64,000 bases of DNA. It comes from Verrucomicrobiota bacterium (GTDB taxonomy: Bacteria > Verrucomicrobiota > Verrucomicrobiia > Limisphaerales > Palsa-1400). A program made the position numbers and the translations under genes. The stretch lies in assembly GCA_049510745.1 (NCBI GenBank), contig JBEKYR010000004.1, positions 1 to 64,000 of the forward strand, read 5' to 3'. Shown one piece after another: positions 44,871 through 54,586 of the stretch. The notes under the pieces are model-generated. The model was not told the origin of the DNA and searched no databases. It worked only from the letters and a program-made list of their open reading frames with translations. Every line of letters begins with the position of its first letter. Position 1 is the first letter of the stretch.

Positions 44871-47068
44871 CGCGGCTCTTCGGGACGGAAGACCACGACA
44901 CTTAAAGGCGGCAAGGTCATGACCGCCGAGAAGGGTTGCCGGTGGATATGATACCCCTCGGCGGTGACGCCGCCGAAGTTTCCCTGGTTGCTCCCGCCGT
45001 AAAAGCCGGAGTCGGAATTGAACACCTCGCGCCAAAAACCGCCGCACGGCAACCCGACCCGGTACTGGTGCCGCAACACCGGCGTCAGATTCAGGATGAC
45101 CGCGACGCGGCGGCTGCCGTCGGAAGTCTGGCGGAGGAAGGAAAGGACGCTGTTGTCGGCGTCGCCGCAATCGATCCAGGAAAAGCCGGCGACGTTGTAA
45201 TCGCCCTCCCATAAGGCCGGCTCGTTTTGATAGAGGCGATTGAGGTCGCGGACCAGGCGCTGGACGCCGCGATGGTAAGGGCCTTCGTCCAGCAGCCACC
45301 AATCCAGGCTGGCGTTGGCGTTCCATTCGGCGCTCTGGCCGATTTCCGAGCCCATCATGAGCAATTGTTTGCCCGGAAAGAACCATTGGTAAGCCAGCAA
45401 GGCGCGGAGGTTGGCGAAGCGCTGCCATTCGTCGCCGGACATTTTGCCCAGAAGCGAGCCTTTGCCATGCACGACTTCATCATGGGAGAGCGGGAGAATA
45501 AAATTCTCGTGCTGATGATAGAGCATGGCAAAGGTCAGATCGTTCTGGTGAAATTTGCGGAAGATGGCGTCGCGGCTGAAATAACCCAGGGTGTCGTGCA
45601 TCCAGCCCATGTTCCACTTGAAGGTGAAGCCCAGCCCGCCCAGGTAGGGCGGCCGGGTCACCAGCGGCCAGGCGGTGGATTCCTCGGCGATGGTCACCGC
45701 CCCCGGGCACTCGGTATGCACCAGATGATTGAACTGTTTGAGGAACTCGACCGCCTCCAGGTTTTCGCGCCCGCCGAATTGGTTGGGGACCCACTCGCCC
45801 GGCTTGCGCGAATAATCCAGGTAGAGCATCGAGGCCACGGCATCGACGCGCAGACCGTCAATATGAAAGCGGTCGCACCAGAAGAGGGCATTGGCCAAAA
45901 GAAAATTGCGCACTTCATGGCGTCCGTAGTTGAAAATCAACGTGCCCCAGTCCTGGTGGGTGCCCTTGCGCGGGTCTTCGTGCTCGTAGAGGGCGGTGCC
46001 GTCAAAGCGCGCCAGCGCCCAGTCGTCCCGCGGGAAATGCGCGGGGACCCAGTCCAGCAGCACGCCGACACCGGCCTGGTGGAGTTGATTGACCAGGAAT
46101 TGAAAATCGTCCGGCGTGCCGAACCGGCTTGTCGGCGCGTAAAACCCCGTCACCTGGTAGCCCCACGAGGGATAGAAAGCGTGCTCGGCCACAGGCAAAA
46201 ACTCGACGTGCGTAAAGCCCATGTTCTGCACGTAGGCCGTCAGCGGCTCGGCCATCTCGCGATAGCTGAGGGACTCGAACTTGTTTTTCTTCATCCACGA
46301 CCCCAGATGCACCTCATAGATACTCATCGGGCCGCGGAAAGGATCGGCGGCGCGCCGCTTTTCCAGCCAGGCCTGGTCCTCCCAGCGGAATTTGCAGTTG
46401 TTCCAGACAATCGACGCGTTCTTGGGGGCGGTCTCGGAAAAGAAAGCATAGGGGTCGGCCTTGAGGATGACGGCGCCGGCGGCGGTCCTGACTTCAAATT
46501 TGTAATGAGCGCCCTCGACCGCGCCCGGAATGAAAATCTCCCACACACCCGAAGCGCCCAGGTTGCGCATCGCGTGCTGGCGTCCGTCCCAGTTATTGAA
46601 ATCGCCCACCACGCTGACGCTCTGGGCCGTCGGAGCCCAGACGGCAAAACTGGCGCCGGCCACGCCGTCGAGGACTTGGAGGTGCGCGCCCAATTTGTCG
46701 TAAATCCGGCGTTCGTTGCCTTGGGCAAAGAGGTAAAGGTCCGTTTCGCCCAGAGAGGGCAGGAAGGAATAGGGATCGCGGGTCTGGACCTTGGAGCCGT
46801 CCTGGTCGGTAATGATCAGGTCGTAGGCATAGACCGCCTTGGCGCCCGCAGTCGTTCCCTCAAAAAGGCCGGGACGGACCTGTTCCAATTTGAAGCGCGG
46901 CTTCTTTTTCTCGTGGACAGGCGCAATCTCCACAGCGGCGGCTTGCGGGCGGAAAACGCGCGCGACCACCCCGGACCCATCCCCCAGAGGATGCATGCCC
47001 AAAAGCTCATGGGGCGAACGATGCCGGAGGGCGATCAGACTGTCGGCTTCTTCCTTCGTTAAAATCAT
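44867..47068 (-). CDS. glgB: 1,4-alpha-glucan branching enzyme
   Basis: FAVWAP, IYEVHLGSW, SWGYQ, DWVPAHF, GLRVDAVASMLY, IAEEST, LSHDEVVHGK. Confidence 0.98.
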   Translation of the reverse strand: MILTKEEADSLIALRHRSPHELLGMHPLGDGSGVVARVFRPQAAAVEIAPVHEKKKPRFKLEQVRPGLFEGTTAGAKAVYAYDLIITDQDGSKVQTRDPYSFLPSLGETDLYLFAQGNERRIYDKLGAHLQVLDGVAGASFAVWAPTAQSVSVVGDFNNWDGRQHAMRNLGASGVWEIFIPGAVEGAHYKFEVRTAAGAVILKADPYAFFSETAPKNASIVWNNCKFRWEDQAWLEKRRAADPFRGPMSIYEVHLGSWMKKNKFESLSYREMAEPLTAYVQNMGFTHVEFLPVAEHAFYPSWGYQVTGFYAPTSRFGTPDDFQFLVNQLHQAGVGVLLDWVPAHFPRDDWALARFDGTALYEHEDPRKGTHQDWGTLIFNYGRHEVRNFLLANALFWCDRFHIDGLRVDAVASMLYLDYSRKPGEWVPNQFGGRENLEAVEFLKQFNHLVHTECPGAVTIAEESTAWPLVTRPPYLGGLGFTFKWNMGWMHDTLGYFSRDAIFRKFHQNDLTFAMLYHQHENFILPLSHDEVVHGKGSLLGKMSGDEWQRFANLRALLAYQWFFPGKQLLMMGSEIGQSAEWNANASLDWWLLDEGPYHRGVQRLVRDLNRLYQNEPALWEGDYNVAGFSWIDCGDADNSVLSFLRQTSDGSRRVAVILNLTPVLRHQYRVGLPCGGFWREVFNSDSGFYGGSNQGNFGGVTAEGYHIHRQPFSAVMTLPPLSVVVFRPEEPR

Positions 47069-47245
47069 GATTGTCCAAGCGTAACAGGAAACGGATTAAA
47101 CACACGGAAATTGTCGCAGCGTCGATTTTTCGCCCGATCCTCCTTGGCGGTGGATTTCGCAACGGACTGCTGTTTCGGACAATGCCAGGGTTTGCGGCCT
47201 TTGATGTGTGAGAACCGCTGGCCAGCAAGGCCCGACCTCACGCCC

Positions 47246-47962
47246 TCAAAGTTGACGGAGGCGGAAAAATGAGGCCGCACCCAGGGCACTGTTGGTCACG
47301 AAATTCCAACCCCCGGACTGCGCGACCGGCTGAACCACAGACTGCCACTGATCCACCCCGCCCAGATTGGTGCAAGATTCGAGCTGATACGGCACCGGGA
47401 TGACCGGCCATGAAAGGGCCACCTGGGCCGATGCAGGCAGAGACTGAATCTGCAACTGCGGCTGGCCCACCCATTGGTAAATTTCCACCTCCTTGATCTG
47501 CGGCCCGTTGCCGCTGCTATAGGCCAAGATGCGAAGACCGGTCGTGTTCGTGTTGAGCGTGACTTCATACCAAACCTCCTCCGGCGTGCTGATCTGGTCG
47601 CTGGCTGCCACCCACGCCCCGCCCTGCGAGATGTCGAGAATGAAACTATCCAGGTAACTGTAGCTCGGATCGGTGGCGATGTAGCGGTCTGGCACCAAGC
47701 GAAACCGGGTGAGGAACAAGTTGGTGCCGAAGTCCACCTCCAGCCAGGCCTCCTGCTGGCCGCCGGCGGCGCACCAGCCGGTGTTCTCACCCTGGTCGCC
47801 CTCGAATGAGGTGATGGGGGTGTAACCATCGTACCAACTCGAGGCAGACACCATGCTCGCATCCACCGCCACCAGAGTCTCGCCTGCGGCAACCGGCAGG
47901 CAGGGTAGCGCAAGCGCCGTCAGGAATGCCAAAGCGACTGGAGTGAAGGGACATGTTTTCAT
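47246..47962 (-). CDS. Secreted discoidin/F5-8 type C-like domain protein with C-terminal FFRL tail
   Basis: Signal peptide; VSASS...GW...WLEVDFG...IKEVEIY; tail SWP...LE..TNL...W...FFRL. Confidence 0.75.
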   Translation of the reverse strand: MKTCPFTPVALAFLTALALPCLPVAAGETLVAVDASMVSASSWYDGYTPITSFEGDQGENTGWCAAGGQQEAWLEVDFGTNLFLTRFRLVPDRYIATDPSYSYLDSFILDISQGGAWVAASDQISTPEEVWYEVTLNTNTTGLRILAYSSGNGPQIKEVEIYQWVGQPQLQIQSLPASAQVALSWPVIPVPYQLESCTNLGGVDQWQSVVQPVAQSGGWNFVTNSALGAASFFRLRQL

Positions 47963-48001
47963 AGGATTTGGAGTTGTTTCTCTTGTTGTTATGGGTGATG
48001 C

Positions 48002-48220
48002 CTAACTGTGGCGGAAGGTGATGCGGGCCTTGCCCAGGTCGTAGGGGGACATCTCGACGTTGACCTTGTCGCCGACGCTGATGCGGATGAAGTTCTTGCG
48101 CATCTTGCCGGAGATGTGCGCGAGCACTTCGTGTCCGTTGGGCAACGCCACGCGAAACATGGTGCCGGGCAGGACTTGCGTCACCGTGCCAGTCAATTCG
48201 ATTGGCTCTTCTTTCGCCAC
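48002..48220 (-). CDS. infA: Translation initiation factor IF-1
   Basis: AKEEPIE...[34 protein letters not shown], 72 aa. Confidence 0.98.
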   Translation of the reverse strand: MAKEEPIELTGTVTQVLPGTMFRVALPNGHEVLAHISGKMRKNFIRISVGDKVNVEMSPYDLGKARITFRHS

Positions 48221-48224
48221 GGGT

Positions 48225-50051
48225 CTATTTCTCAGTTTGGTAAGGTCCGATGCTGTCGATGCGGTAGCGTTTTCTGGCGTTGTCGATGGACACTTCGACC
48301 TCTTCCAGGGGTTTGCGGTTGAGAAGAGACTGGGCCACCGGAGTCAGGTAACTGATGATGCCCTTTTCCGGATTGGAGTCCCAGGCGCCGAGAATGACGA
48401 AGTGTTCGGCGTGCTGATGTTCCAGATCGGTCACGGCCACCTGGGTGCCGATGCTGACGACATCGGTGCGAGGGTTGGCAAAATCGGAGCCGCGGGCGCG
48501 GACCAACTGGGATTCCAGTTCGCCTTTGCGGCGCATGAGCATTTTCTGCATTTCCTTGGCGGCCTTGTATTCGTGGTTTTCGCGCAAATCACCGTAGCTG
48601 CGGGCGAGGGCAATCTCCTTGGAATTGGCGGGGATGGCCTTTTGCACCAGGTCGGCGTATTCGTTTTTGCGGCGCTCCAGGCTTTCCCAGGAAACAAGGA
48701 AGGAATTCTCCTGCCGGGTCTGGTCGCCTGAAATCATGGTCTGCACCGCCGGGTAGCTCTTGACGATGCGCGCCAGGAGCGACCGTTTGTCCATGTCGTT
48801 AAAACAGGGAGAAAGTTGCAAGGCGCGGGTCAGGTCCTTGATCACCTCCAGATCGGCCGAGCCGATTAATTCGACGAGGAGGGTTGGATCGTCCAGGACA
48901 TAATCGCGCAGCTTGTTGGAGCGTTTCTCGTTGAACTGGTCGCGTTCCATGGCCGTGAGCATGGCGCGGAACACTTCGGGGCCGAGGATGTCGGCAAAGG
49001 AATCCGAGCGCTCGCGGGCCAGCCAGAGGAGCAGATCGCTGCTGGCCTGATGCTGGCTGATGAGGCGGGCCAGCAACTCTTTGAGCGCCTCGAGGTTGCC
49101 GCCGGAAATGAGGGCATGGGCCACTTCCAAGGCGAGCTTGGCGGAGACGTGGTTGAGCGAGGCGAGCAGCGCGCCGGCCCAGCGCTCGGGAGAGCTCTCC
49201 TTGAAGGACTGCAAGGCGCGCCGATGTTTGGAGGCGGGCATTTGCTCGAGGATGGTTCCGACGCGGTTGGATTCCTGGAGCCAAAGGGAGGGAGCGGACA
49301 CTTCGCCGGGAGCCGGCGCAACGCCGAAAGTGTCGCGCAACTCGTCCCGGACAAAGATCGCCTCCAGCGCGATGGCGGGCTGGGTGCGCTGATGGGTGAC
49401 AATCTCGGCGTTCAAGGCGGGAAGGATCTCTTTGGCCAGGGCCGCCTTGTCCTGGATGTCGGAAAGGTTTTTCAAGATTTCATGGGCGACGGCGCCGCGG
49501 GCCTTGAGGCCCTTGGCGGCGCGAAACTCGCCCATCAACCGGTCTGGCAAGGCGACTTCCTTGGCCTGATAAAGGATGGGATCGGATTTTTTGGCGGGCA
49601 CCTGGAAATGGCCGTCCTTTTTCAGTTCGTGCTTGGCGCCCTCCCACCATTTCTTCCAGTCGTCCTTGATGACGTCGGGGACGAGGACCTGCTGGATTTG
49701 ATCGACGGTGGCGCGGTTGCCAAAGCTTTGCAGAACCAATTTGATCAAATCCAGATGGTGCAGGGCCGCCATTTGGCGCAGGGCGTCGAGGTCCGCAACT
49801 TTGCGGGCATAGATATGATCGCTGGAAATGGGCTTGAGCGACTCGGCGGCGAACGCCAAGTCCATGGTGTGGCCGGGTTTGGACTGAAAATCGATGACAA
49901 AGCGGGAGAAGACCGCGTCCACCGTCACAATTTTTCCGAATCCCCAACTGCGGTGGTAACAGTAGCCGCTGTCGGTCAACTCCACCAAAGCGTCCACGTG
50001 TTGGCGGGTGAGTTTCCCGGCGGCCGCCAGTTTTTCAAATTCTTCTTTCAT
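48225..50051 (-). CDS. greA: Long GreA/GreB-domain transcription elongation factor
   Basis: C-terminal [18 protein letters not shown]...ILGAWD...ISY.TP Gre domain preceded by about 450 aa N-terminal region. Confidence 0.85.
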   Translation of the reverse strand: MKEEFEKLAAAGKLTRQHVDALVELTDSGYCYHRSWGFGKIVTVDAVFSRFVIDFQSKPGHTMDLAFAAESLKPISSDHIYARKVADLDALRQMAALHHLDLIKLVLQSFGNRATVDQIQQVLVPDVIKDDWKKWWEGAKHELKKDGHFQVPAKKSDPILYQAKEVALPDRLMGEFRAAKGLKARGAVAHEILKNLSDIQDKAALAKEILPALNAEIVTHQRTQPAIALEAIFVRDELRDTFGVAPAPGEVSAPSLWLQESNRVGTILEQMPASKHRRALQSFKESSPERWAGALLASLNHVSAKLALEVAHALISGGNLEALKELLARLISQHQASSDLLLWLARERSDSFADILGPEVFRAMLTAMERDQFNEKRSNKLRDYVLDDPTLLVELIGSADLEVIKDLTRALQLSPCFNDMDKRSLLARIVKSYPAVQTMISGDQTRQENSFLVSWESLERRKNEYADLVQKAIPANSKEIALARSYGDLRENHEYKAAKEMQKMLMRRKGELESQLVRARGSDFANPRTDVVSIGTQVAVTDLEHQHAEHFVILGAWDSNPEKGIISYLTPVAQSLLNRKPLEEVEVSIDNARKRYRIDSIGPYQTEK

Positions 50052-50095
50052 CGGTATATTCTCGCGTCCCATAAGTGTCCGATCATTATTAGGTC

Positions 50096-51397
50096 GTGAA
50101 CGGCGAAAATCCAAGAGAAATTGCCGTGCGCGTCTTGAGCCGGCGCGGACGGCCCGGCCAATACGTGGAAGTCCTGCTGGAGCGGGAGTTGGCCGCCCAT
50201 GCGCTTTCCCACCCGGACCGCGCCCTGTGCCAGGAACTGGTCTTTGGCCTGGTGCGCTGGCAACGCACCCTCGACTGGCTGGTCGCCCGCAAGACGGCGG
50301 GCCGCGCCCAAAACGCCACCGTCCGCCTTTTGCTGCACCTGGGGCTTTACCAGCTTTTCTGGCTGCAACGCATTCCCGACCATGCCGCGGTGCATGAAAC
50401 GGTCGAGTTGGGCAAACGTCTGGGTTTTGGGCCGCGGGCCGGCTTCCTCAATGCCCTGTTGCGCGGGTTTATCCGCGAACGCGAACAAACCAAACAATCG
50501 CTGGAGGCCCTGAAACAAACTGATCTGGCGCTGGGCTATTCCCATCCCGCCTGGCTGGTCGAGCGATGGCAGGCCCGCTGGGGCGTGGAGAAAACCCGGC
50601 GGTTGCTGGAATGGAACAACACCCCGCCGCCGACCTGCGCGCGGCGCAACGGATTGAAGACCGACTTCCCTTCCCTGGCGGCCCGGTGGAAGGAGGAGGG
50701 AATCGAGTTCGAGGAACGGCAATGGGACTGGACCGGGCCGGGGCTGGTCTTCGAGTTGCGCTCGCACCCGCCGCTGGCCGGTTGCCCCAGTTTTCAGGAC
50801 GGACTTTTTTACGTGCAGGACCCCGGCACGCTGCTGGCGGTCGAACAACTGGGGCCGCAGCCGGGCGAGACGGTCCTGGATTGGTGCGCCGCCCCCGGCG
50901 GCAAAACCACGTTTATCGCCCAGCTCATGCGGAATCGCGGACGGGTCGTGGCCCAGGACAACCAACCCGAACGGCTGGAGCTGCTGCGGGAGAATTGCCG
51001 GCGGCTCGGCGCCCTCTGCGTGGAGGTCTCCCCTGCCCCGCCCGCGCCCGGCGAGTTCGACCGAATTCTAATTGACGCACCGTGCTCGAACACCGGCGTC
51101 ATGCGGCGGCGGGTGGACTTGCGCTGGCGCCTGCAGCCGTCCGAGATTCCGCGCCTGCGGAAAGCGCAGGCGGCATTGCTGGCCCAGGCCGCGCCGAAAT
51201 TGAAGCCCGGCGGCACGCTGGTCTATAGCACGTGCAGCCTGGAACCGGAGGAAAACGAAGAGGTGGTGGGCGGTTTTCTCAAAGAGCAGCCCGGCTTCCA
51301 ACTGGACAGCGAGCGCCAACTGCTTCCGTTCGCCGAAGGGGTGGACGGGGCCTACGTCGCCAGGCTGCGGCGCACGATGGCGCATCTACAGGCTTGA
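50096..51397 (+). CDS. rsmB: 16S rRNA m5C967 methyltransferase
   Basis: NusB-like N-terminus, SHPAWL, YVQD, CAAPGGKT, DAPCS, YSTCS..PEENE. Confidence 0.95.
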   Translation: MNGENPREIAVRVLSRRGRPGQYVEVLLERELAAHALSHPDRALCQELVFGLVRWQRTLDWLVARKTAGRAQNATVRLLLHLGLYQLFWLQRIPDHAAVHETVELGKRLGFGPRAGFLNALLRGFIREREQTKQSLEALKQTDLALGYSHPAWLVERWQARWGVEKTRRLLEWNNTPPPTCARRNGLKTDFPSLAARWKEEGIEFEERQWDWTGPGLVFELRSHPPLAGCPSFQDGLFYVQDPGTLLAVEQLGPQPGETVLDWCAAPGGKTTFIAQLMRNRGRVVAQDNQPERLELLRENCRRLGALCVEVSPAPPAPGEFDRILIDAPCSNTGVMRRRVDLRWRLQPSEIPRLRKAQAALLAQAAPKLKPGGTLVYSTCSLEPEENEEVVGGFLKEQPGFQLDSERQLLPFAEGVDGAYVARLRRTMAHLQA

Positions 51398-51430
51398 GCT
51401 TCCCGGACGGAACATGCTAGATTCTGGCCG

Positions 51431-51619
51431 ATGAGTACGTTTGGTGAAATTGAAGCCGCGGTGAATGCTCTGCCGTTATCCGAGCAGAAGGCGTTGTTTG
51501 AGCATTTGACGCAACGCCTGCAAATCGGGGAGGACGTGAGGCGCCGCCTGCCGCTCGTTCCGGCGACCGGGCATCCGATCACGCAAGAGGAGATTGACGA
51601 TGCCCTCGACGCCGACTGA
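51431..51619 (+). CDS. Putative antitoxin (VapB-like)
   Basis: 62 aa, MSTFGEIEAAVNALP; overlaps the downstream PIN gene. Confidence 0.75.
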   Translation: MSTFGEIEAAVNALPLSEQKALFEHLTQRLQIGEDVRRRLPLVPATGHPITQEEIDDALDAD

Positions 51620-52046
51620 AGCGCTGCTGGACGTGAACGTGGTTATCGCCGCAACCTTTGCAGACCACGTGAAGCACGGGATTGCGCGAGGATTCGTCAA
51701 TAGACTCGACCATTTTCACACCACGCCAATGACGCAGGGCGGCTTCTTGCGTTTCGCAACGCGCCCCTGGAAGGACCACCGCAAGGTTGAACAGCCGCCT
51801 CGTCTGAGCATGTCGGAGGCGCAGTCGAAGCTCATGGAATTTACCAACGCGGCCGGGCACGTGTTTCTTTCCGACGACGCCCAGTTCACGGAACTGGGTC
51901 TGCGTTCCATGCAAGGGCATCGGCAGTGGACCGATGCCTACCTGCTTCATCTCGCTCGCAAGCACGGGTTGTCGCTGGCTTCATTGGAAAGTCGAATGGC
52001 AAACCTTGATGATCCGAGCAAGCCCGTATTATTTGTGGTGATGTAG
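51600..52046 (+). CDS. vapC: VapC-family PIN toxin
   Basis: LLDVNV, H..H, TQGGFLR, QWTDAYLL.LA motifs. Confidence 0.87.
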   Translation: MPSTPTEALLDVNVVIAATFADHVKHGIARGFVNRLDHFHTTPMTQGGFLRFATRPWKDHRKVEQPPRLSMSEAQSKLMEFTNAAGHVFLSDDAQFTELGLRSMQGHRQWTDAYLLHLARKHGLSLASLESRMANLDDPSKPVLFVVM

Positions 52047-52152
52047 CCACACAGCACGCGTCCCCCATTGGACAAAACCATCGGCGGCGCCTTTTTCCGA
52101 GGACCTCTTACGGTGCGATGCGTGAAGAACGCAAAACCATCCGCTCTTGGGG

Positions 52153-52183
52153 GACCCCATTTCCATCGTGACCCCATTTCCAT
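52153..52183. repeat. Duplicated GACCCCATTTCCAT (14 bp x 2)
   Basis: Copies at 52153-52166 and 52170-52183. Confidence 0.8.
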
Positions 52184-52202
52184 TTCCCCTGAAGGCATAT
52201 TT

Positions 52203-52961
52203 TTACTGTGCCGTCCAGCCGCCATCGACGACGATGTCGGTGCCGGTAATGAAGGCGGCGGCGTCTGAACACAGATAAAGCGCCAGTTGGCCGATGTCTT
52301 TGGGATCGCCCCAACGGCCCAACGGAGTCGCCGCGAGGAACTGCCGATTCAGCTCCGGATTCTCCATGAGCGGGAGGTTCATTTCCGTGGCAAACGGGCC
52401 GGGACTGATGCCATTGACGGTGATGCCGTCCGGGGCCAGTTCCAAAGCCAGAGCGCGAATGAAGCCCAGCAAGCCAGCCTTGCTGGCGCAATAAGCGGTG
52501 CGGCCCGCAATGGCAACATGGCTCATCGTGGACGTCATGTTGATGATTCTCCCATAGCGCCGGCCTTTCATCTGCGGCACAAAATAACGGCACATCAGGA
52601 AGACGCCGGTCAGGTTGGTGTCCAAAACCTGCCGCCATTCAGTGGAAGAAAGTTCGATAAGTGGTTTGCGAATATTGATACCGGCGTTGTTGATGAGAAT
52701 GTGCGGGACACCGGCCTCTGTGACGACGAGTTCCGCGAGCCGGGCAATCTGGGCCTCATTCGTCACGTCCGCCGGATGCACCCAAGCCTTGACGCCAAAG
52801 GCATGTGCCGCGCGCGCGGTTTCCTCCAGTTGTTCCCGGTTGCGCGAGACAAGCACAACGTCCGCGCCCGCCTCCGCCAAAGTGGTGGCCATTGCCCGGC
52901 CCAGGCCTTTGCCGGCGCCGGTGATTAGGGCGATCTTTCCCGTCAAGTTACAAGTATTCAT
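52203..52961 (-). CDS. Short-chain dehydrogenase/reductase (gluconate 5-dehydrogenase-like)
   Basis: TGAGKGLG, NNAG, YCASK, PGPFAT, VDGG. Confidence 0.93.
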   Translation of the reverse strand: MNTCNLTGKIALITGAGKGLGRAMATTLAEAGADVVLVSRNREQLEETARAAHAFGVKAWVHPADVTNEAQIARLAELVVTEAGVPHILINNAGINIRKPLIELSSTEWRQVLDTNLTGVFLMCRYFVPQMKGRRYGRIINMTSTMSHVAIAGRTAYCASKAGLLGFIRALALELAPDGITVNGISPGPFATEMNLPLMENPELNRQFLAATPLGRWGDPKDIGQLALYLCSDAAAFITGTDIVVDGGWTAQ

Positions 52962-53123
52962 TGAAGTTTCGGGTTGATTATGCCGCCCAACTCTGTTTTT
53001 GCCAGCGCCAAACTGGCGGTTTTTGACTTTCTGGCTTGTTAATGCAAAATTGTGCGACGAATGAGCCGCAACGCTTTTAACAGAGAAGAAGCACGGGCGC
53101 GGCTGTCGCCCGCCAAAACCGGT

Positions 53124-53705
53124 TTATTCCCAGTCCCACTCCTCGAACAATTCCGAGATCGGGAAGCGGAAGCCGGGCAGGAGGTCTTCGCCCTCCAGAA
53201 AACCGCCGCTGCCAATCAGTTTGCGGTCGGTGAGGGAGCGGCAGACTTCCACGTGCCGGGCTTCGGGATCGATGATCCACGCCAGACGCGCGCCGCTGCT
53301 GAAGAAATCCTTCAATCGGTCGTCGATCTCGCCGCGCGTGTTGCCGGGCGAAAGAATCTCCACCGCCAGATCGGGCGCGCCGGGAAAGAAACGGCGCGTC
53401 GAGCGCCGGAATCCCAGGGACGCCAAACGCGCCCGGCTGACAAAGGAAATGTCCGGCGCGCGGCAGTTGCGATTGTTCATCCAGAAGCCGGTGCTGGAAT
53501 CCAGGACCGCCCCCAGGCGGCCGGATCGGACAAAAGTAAGAAGCGCCGCCGACAGCCGCGTGCAGATGTCGCCATGAAAGAAATCATTCTTGGGGCTCAT
53601 AACCAGTTCGCCATCGACAATTTCGTGGATGAAGCCGTCTTCGGGCAAAGCCTGCACCTCGGCCTCGGTCCAGAGTTTTTTCGGCGCTTCAACCACAGCG
53701 TTCAT
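53124..53705 (-). CDS. Uma2-family (DUF820) putative endonuclease
   Basis: EIVDGEL.MSP...H, RAPDISF, APDLAVEILSP, W.IDP, LLPGF. Confidence 0.92.
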   Translation of the reverse strand: MNAVVEAPKKLWTEAEVQALPEDGFIHEIVDGELVMSPKNDFFHGDICTRLSAALLTFVRSGRLGAVLDSSTGFWMNNRNCRAPDISFVSRARLASLGFRRSTRRFFPGAPDLAVEILSPGNTRGEIDDRLKDFFSSGARLAWIIDPEARHVEVCRSLTDRKLIGSGGFLEGEDLLPGFRFPISELFEEWDWE

Positions 53706-53744
53706 GGAAGCATATTACGAGCGTTGGCGGCGGCTGTCGAGACT

Positions 53745-53800
53745 AACCGCGCCAGTCGCGCCAGTCGCTGAAGACTTCGTCGCGCATGAGGGTGGCGGCC
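53745..53800. repeat. 56-bp direct repeat, distal copy of the DUF2252 gene 3' end (identical to 54589-54644)
   Basis: AACCGCGCCAGTCGCGCCAGTCGCTGAAGACTTCGTCGCGCATGAGGGTGGCGGCC present twice. Confidence 0.95.
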
Positions 53801-53826
53801 CGCGAATCCGGCCATCGCCAATAACA

Positions 53827-54258
53827 CTACGGCGTAACGCATTGGAATGCGCCCAGGACCGCAAAATCATTCGCGTTTGTCGTGAGCAATGAATTGATTC
53901 CAGCGCTCCGGTAAGTCGCGGCCAGCAGTGTGTCCAGTATTCGCTTTCGTCCCAGACCGTGGCCGCGATGCCAGACAAAGAATTGTGCCATCGCGGCGTC
54001 GCCGGGAATGGTGTGTGTTACCTCGTGGGCAGTCCACCATTTTTGCGCCAAATCGCGCGCCGCCTCCATGCTAAGTGGCGCGGCAAACCGCTTGGCGTCA
54101 GTGACCACGTGGATAAACTCGGCCAGCACTTGCGGAGCCAGCGCGAATTCGTCCCCTGCGGCAACAAGTGCGGCGATTTTCGCCCGCGCGGCTTGATGAC
54201 TGGTGTGCTCTACAACTTCGGCGGCGACCAGGAATCCGGTGTCGATCCCGTGATTCAC
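53827..54258 (-). CDS. vapC: VapC-family PIN toxin
   Basis: GIDTGFL, PQVLAEF, ILDTLLAAT, LLTTNANDF; GTGA overlap with the upstream gene. Confidence 0.88.
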   Translation of the reverse strand: MNHGIDTGFLVAAEVVEHTSHQAARAKIAALVAAGDEFALAPQVLAEFIHVVTDAKRFAAPLSMEAARDLAQKWWTAHEVTHTIPGDAAMAQFFVWHRGHGLGRKRILDTLLAATYRSAGINSLLTTNANDFAVLGAFQCVTP

Positions 54259-54476
54259 TGGCGCCCTTCCAGCATCTCACCCAGCAAGTCGTCATCCGGG
54301 CTGAACGGACGAATCACCCGGCCAAGACTCACCGGTGCGATGTCCAGCACACTATGCGGCAAAGCGCTCTTGAGTCGCCGGCGGCGCATCCGCTCGGAAA
54401 GCCACTCGAACAAGCTCTCCTGTTGCTCCAGCGGCAGGGCATCGGCAGCCTGTTCGATTTCAATCAAAGTTGACAT
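54255..54476 (-). CDS. Putative antitoxin (VapB-like)
   Basis: 73 aa, MSTLIEIEQAADALP (similar N-terminus to 51431-51619), acidic tail. Confidence 0.78.
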   Translation of the reverse strand: MSTLIEIEQAADALPLEQQESLFEWLSERMRRRRLKSALPHSVLDIAPVSLGRVIRPFSPDDDLLGEMLEGRQ

Positions 54477-54586
54477 ACCTTTTTTATACGCAAAAACCGG
54501 CGATTTTCAAGCAAAATGCCGTGAGGAATTCTGACGCCTCAATCCATTTCGCGGCAAACGCCATTCAACTCCAGTCCGATGCCACA

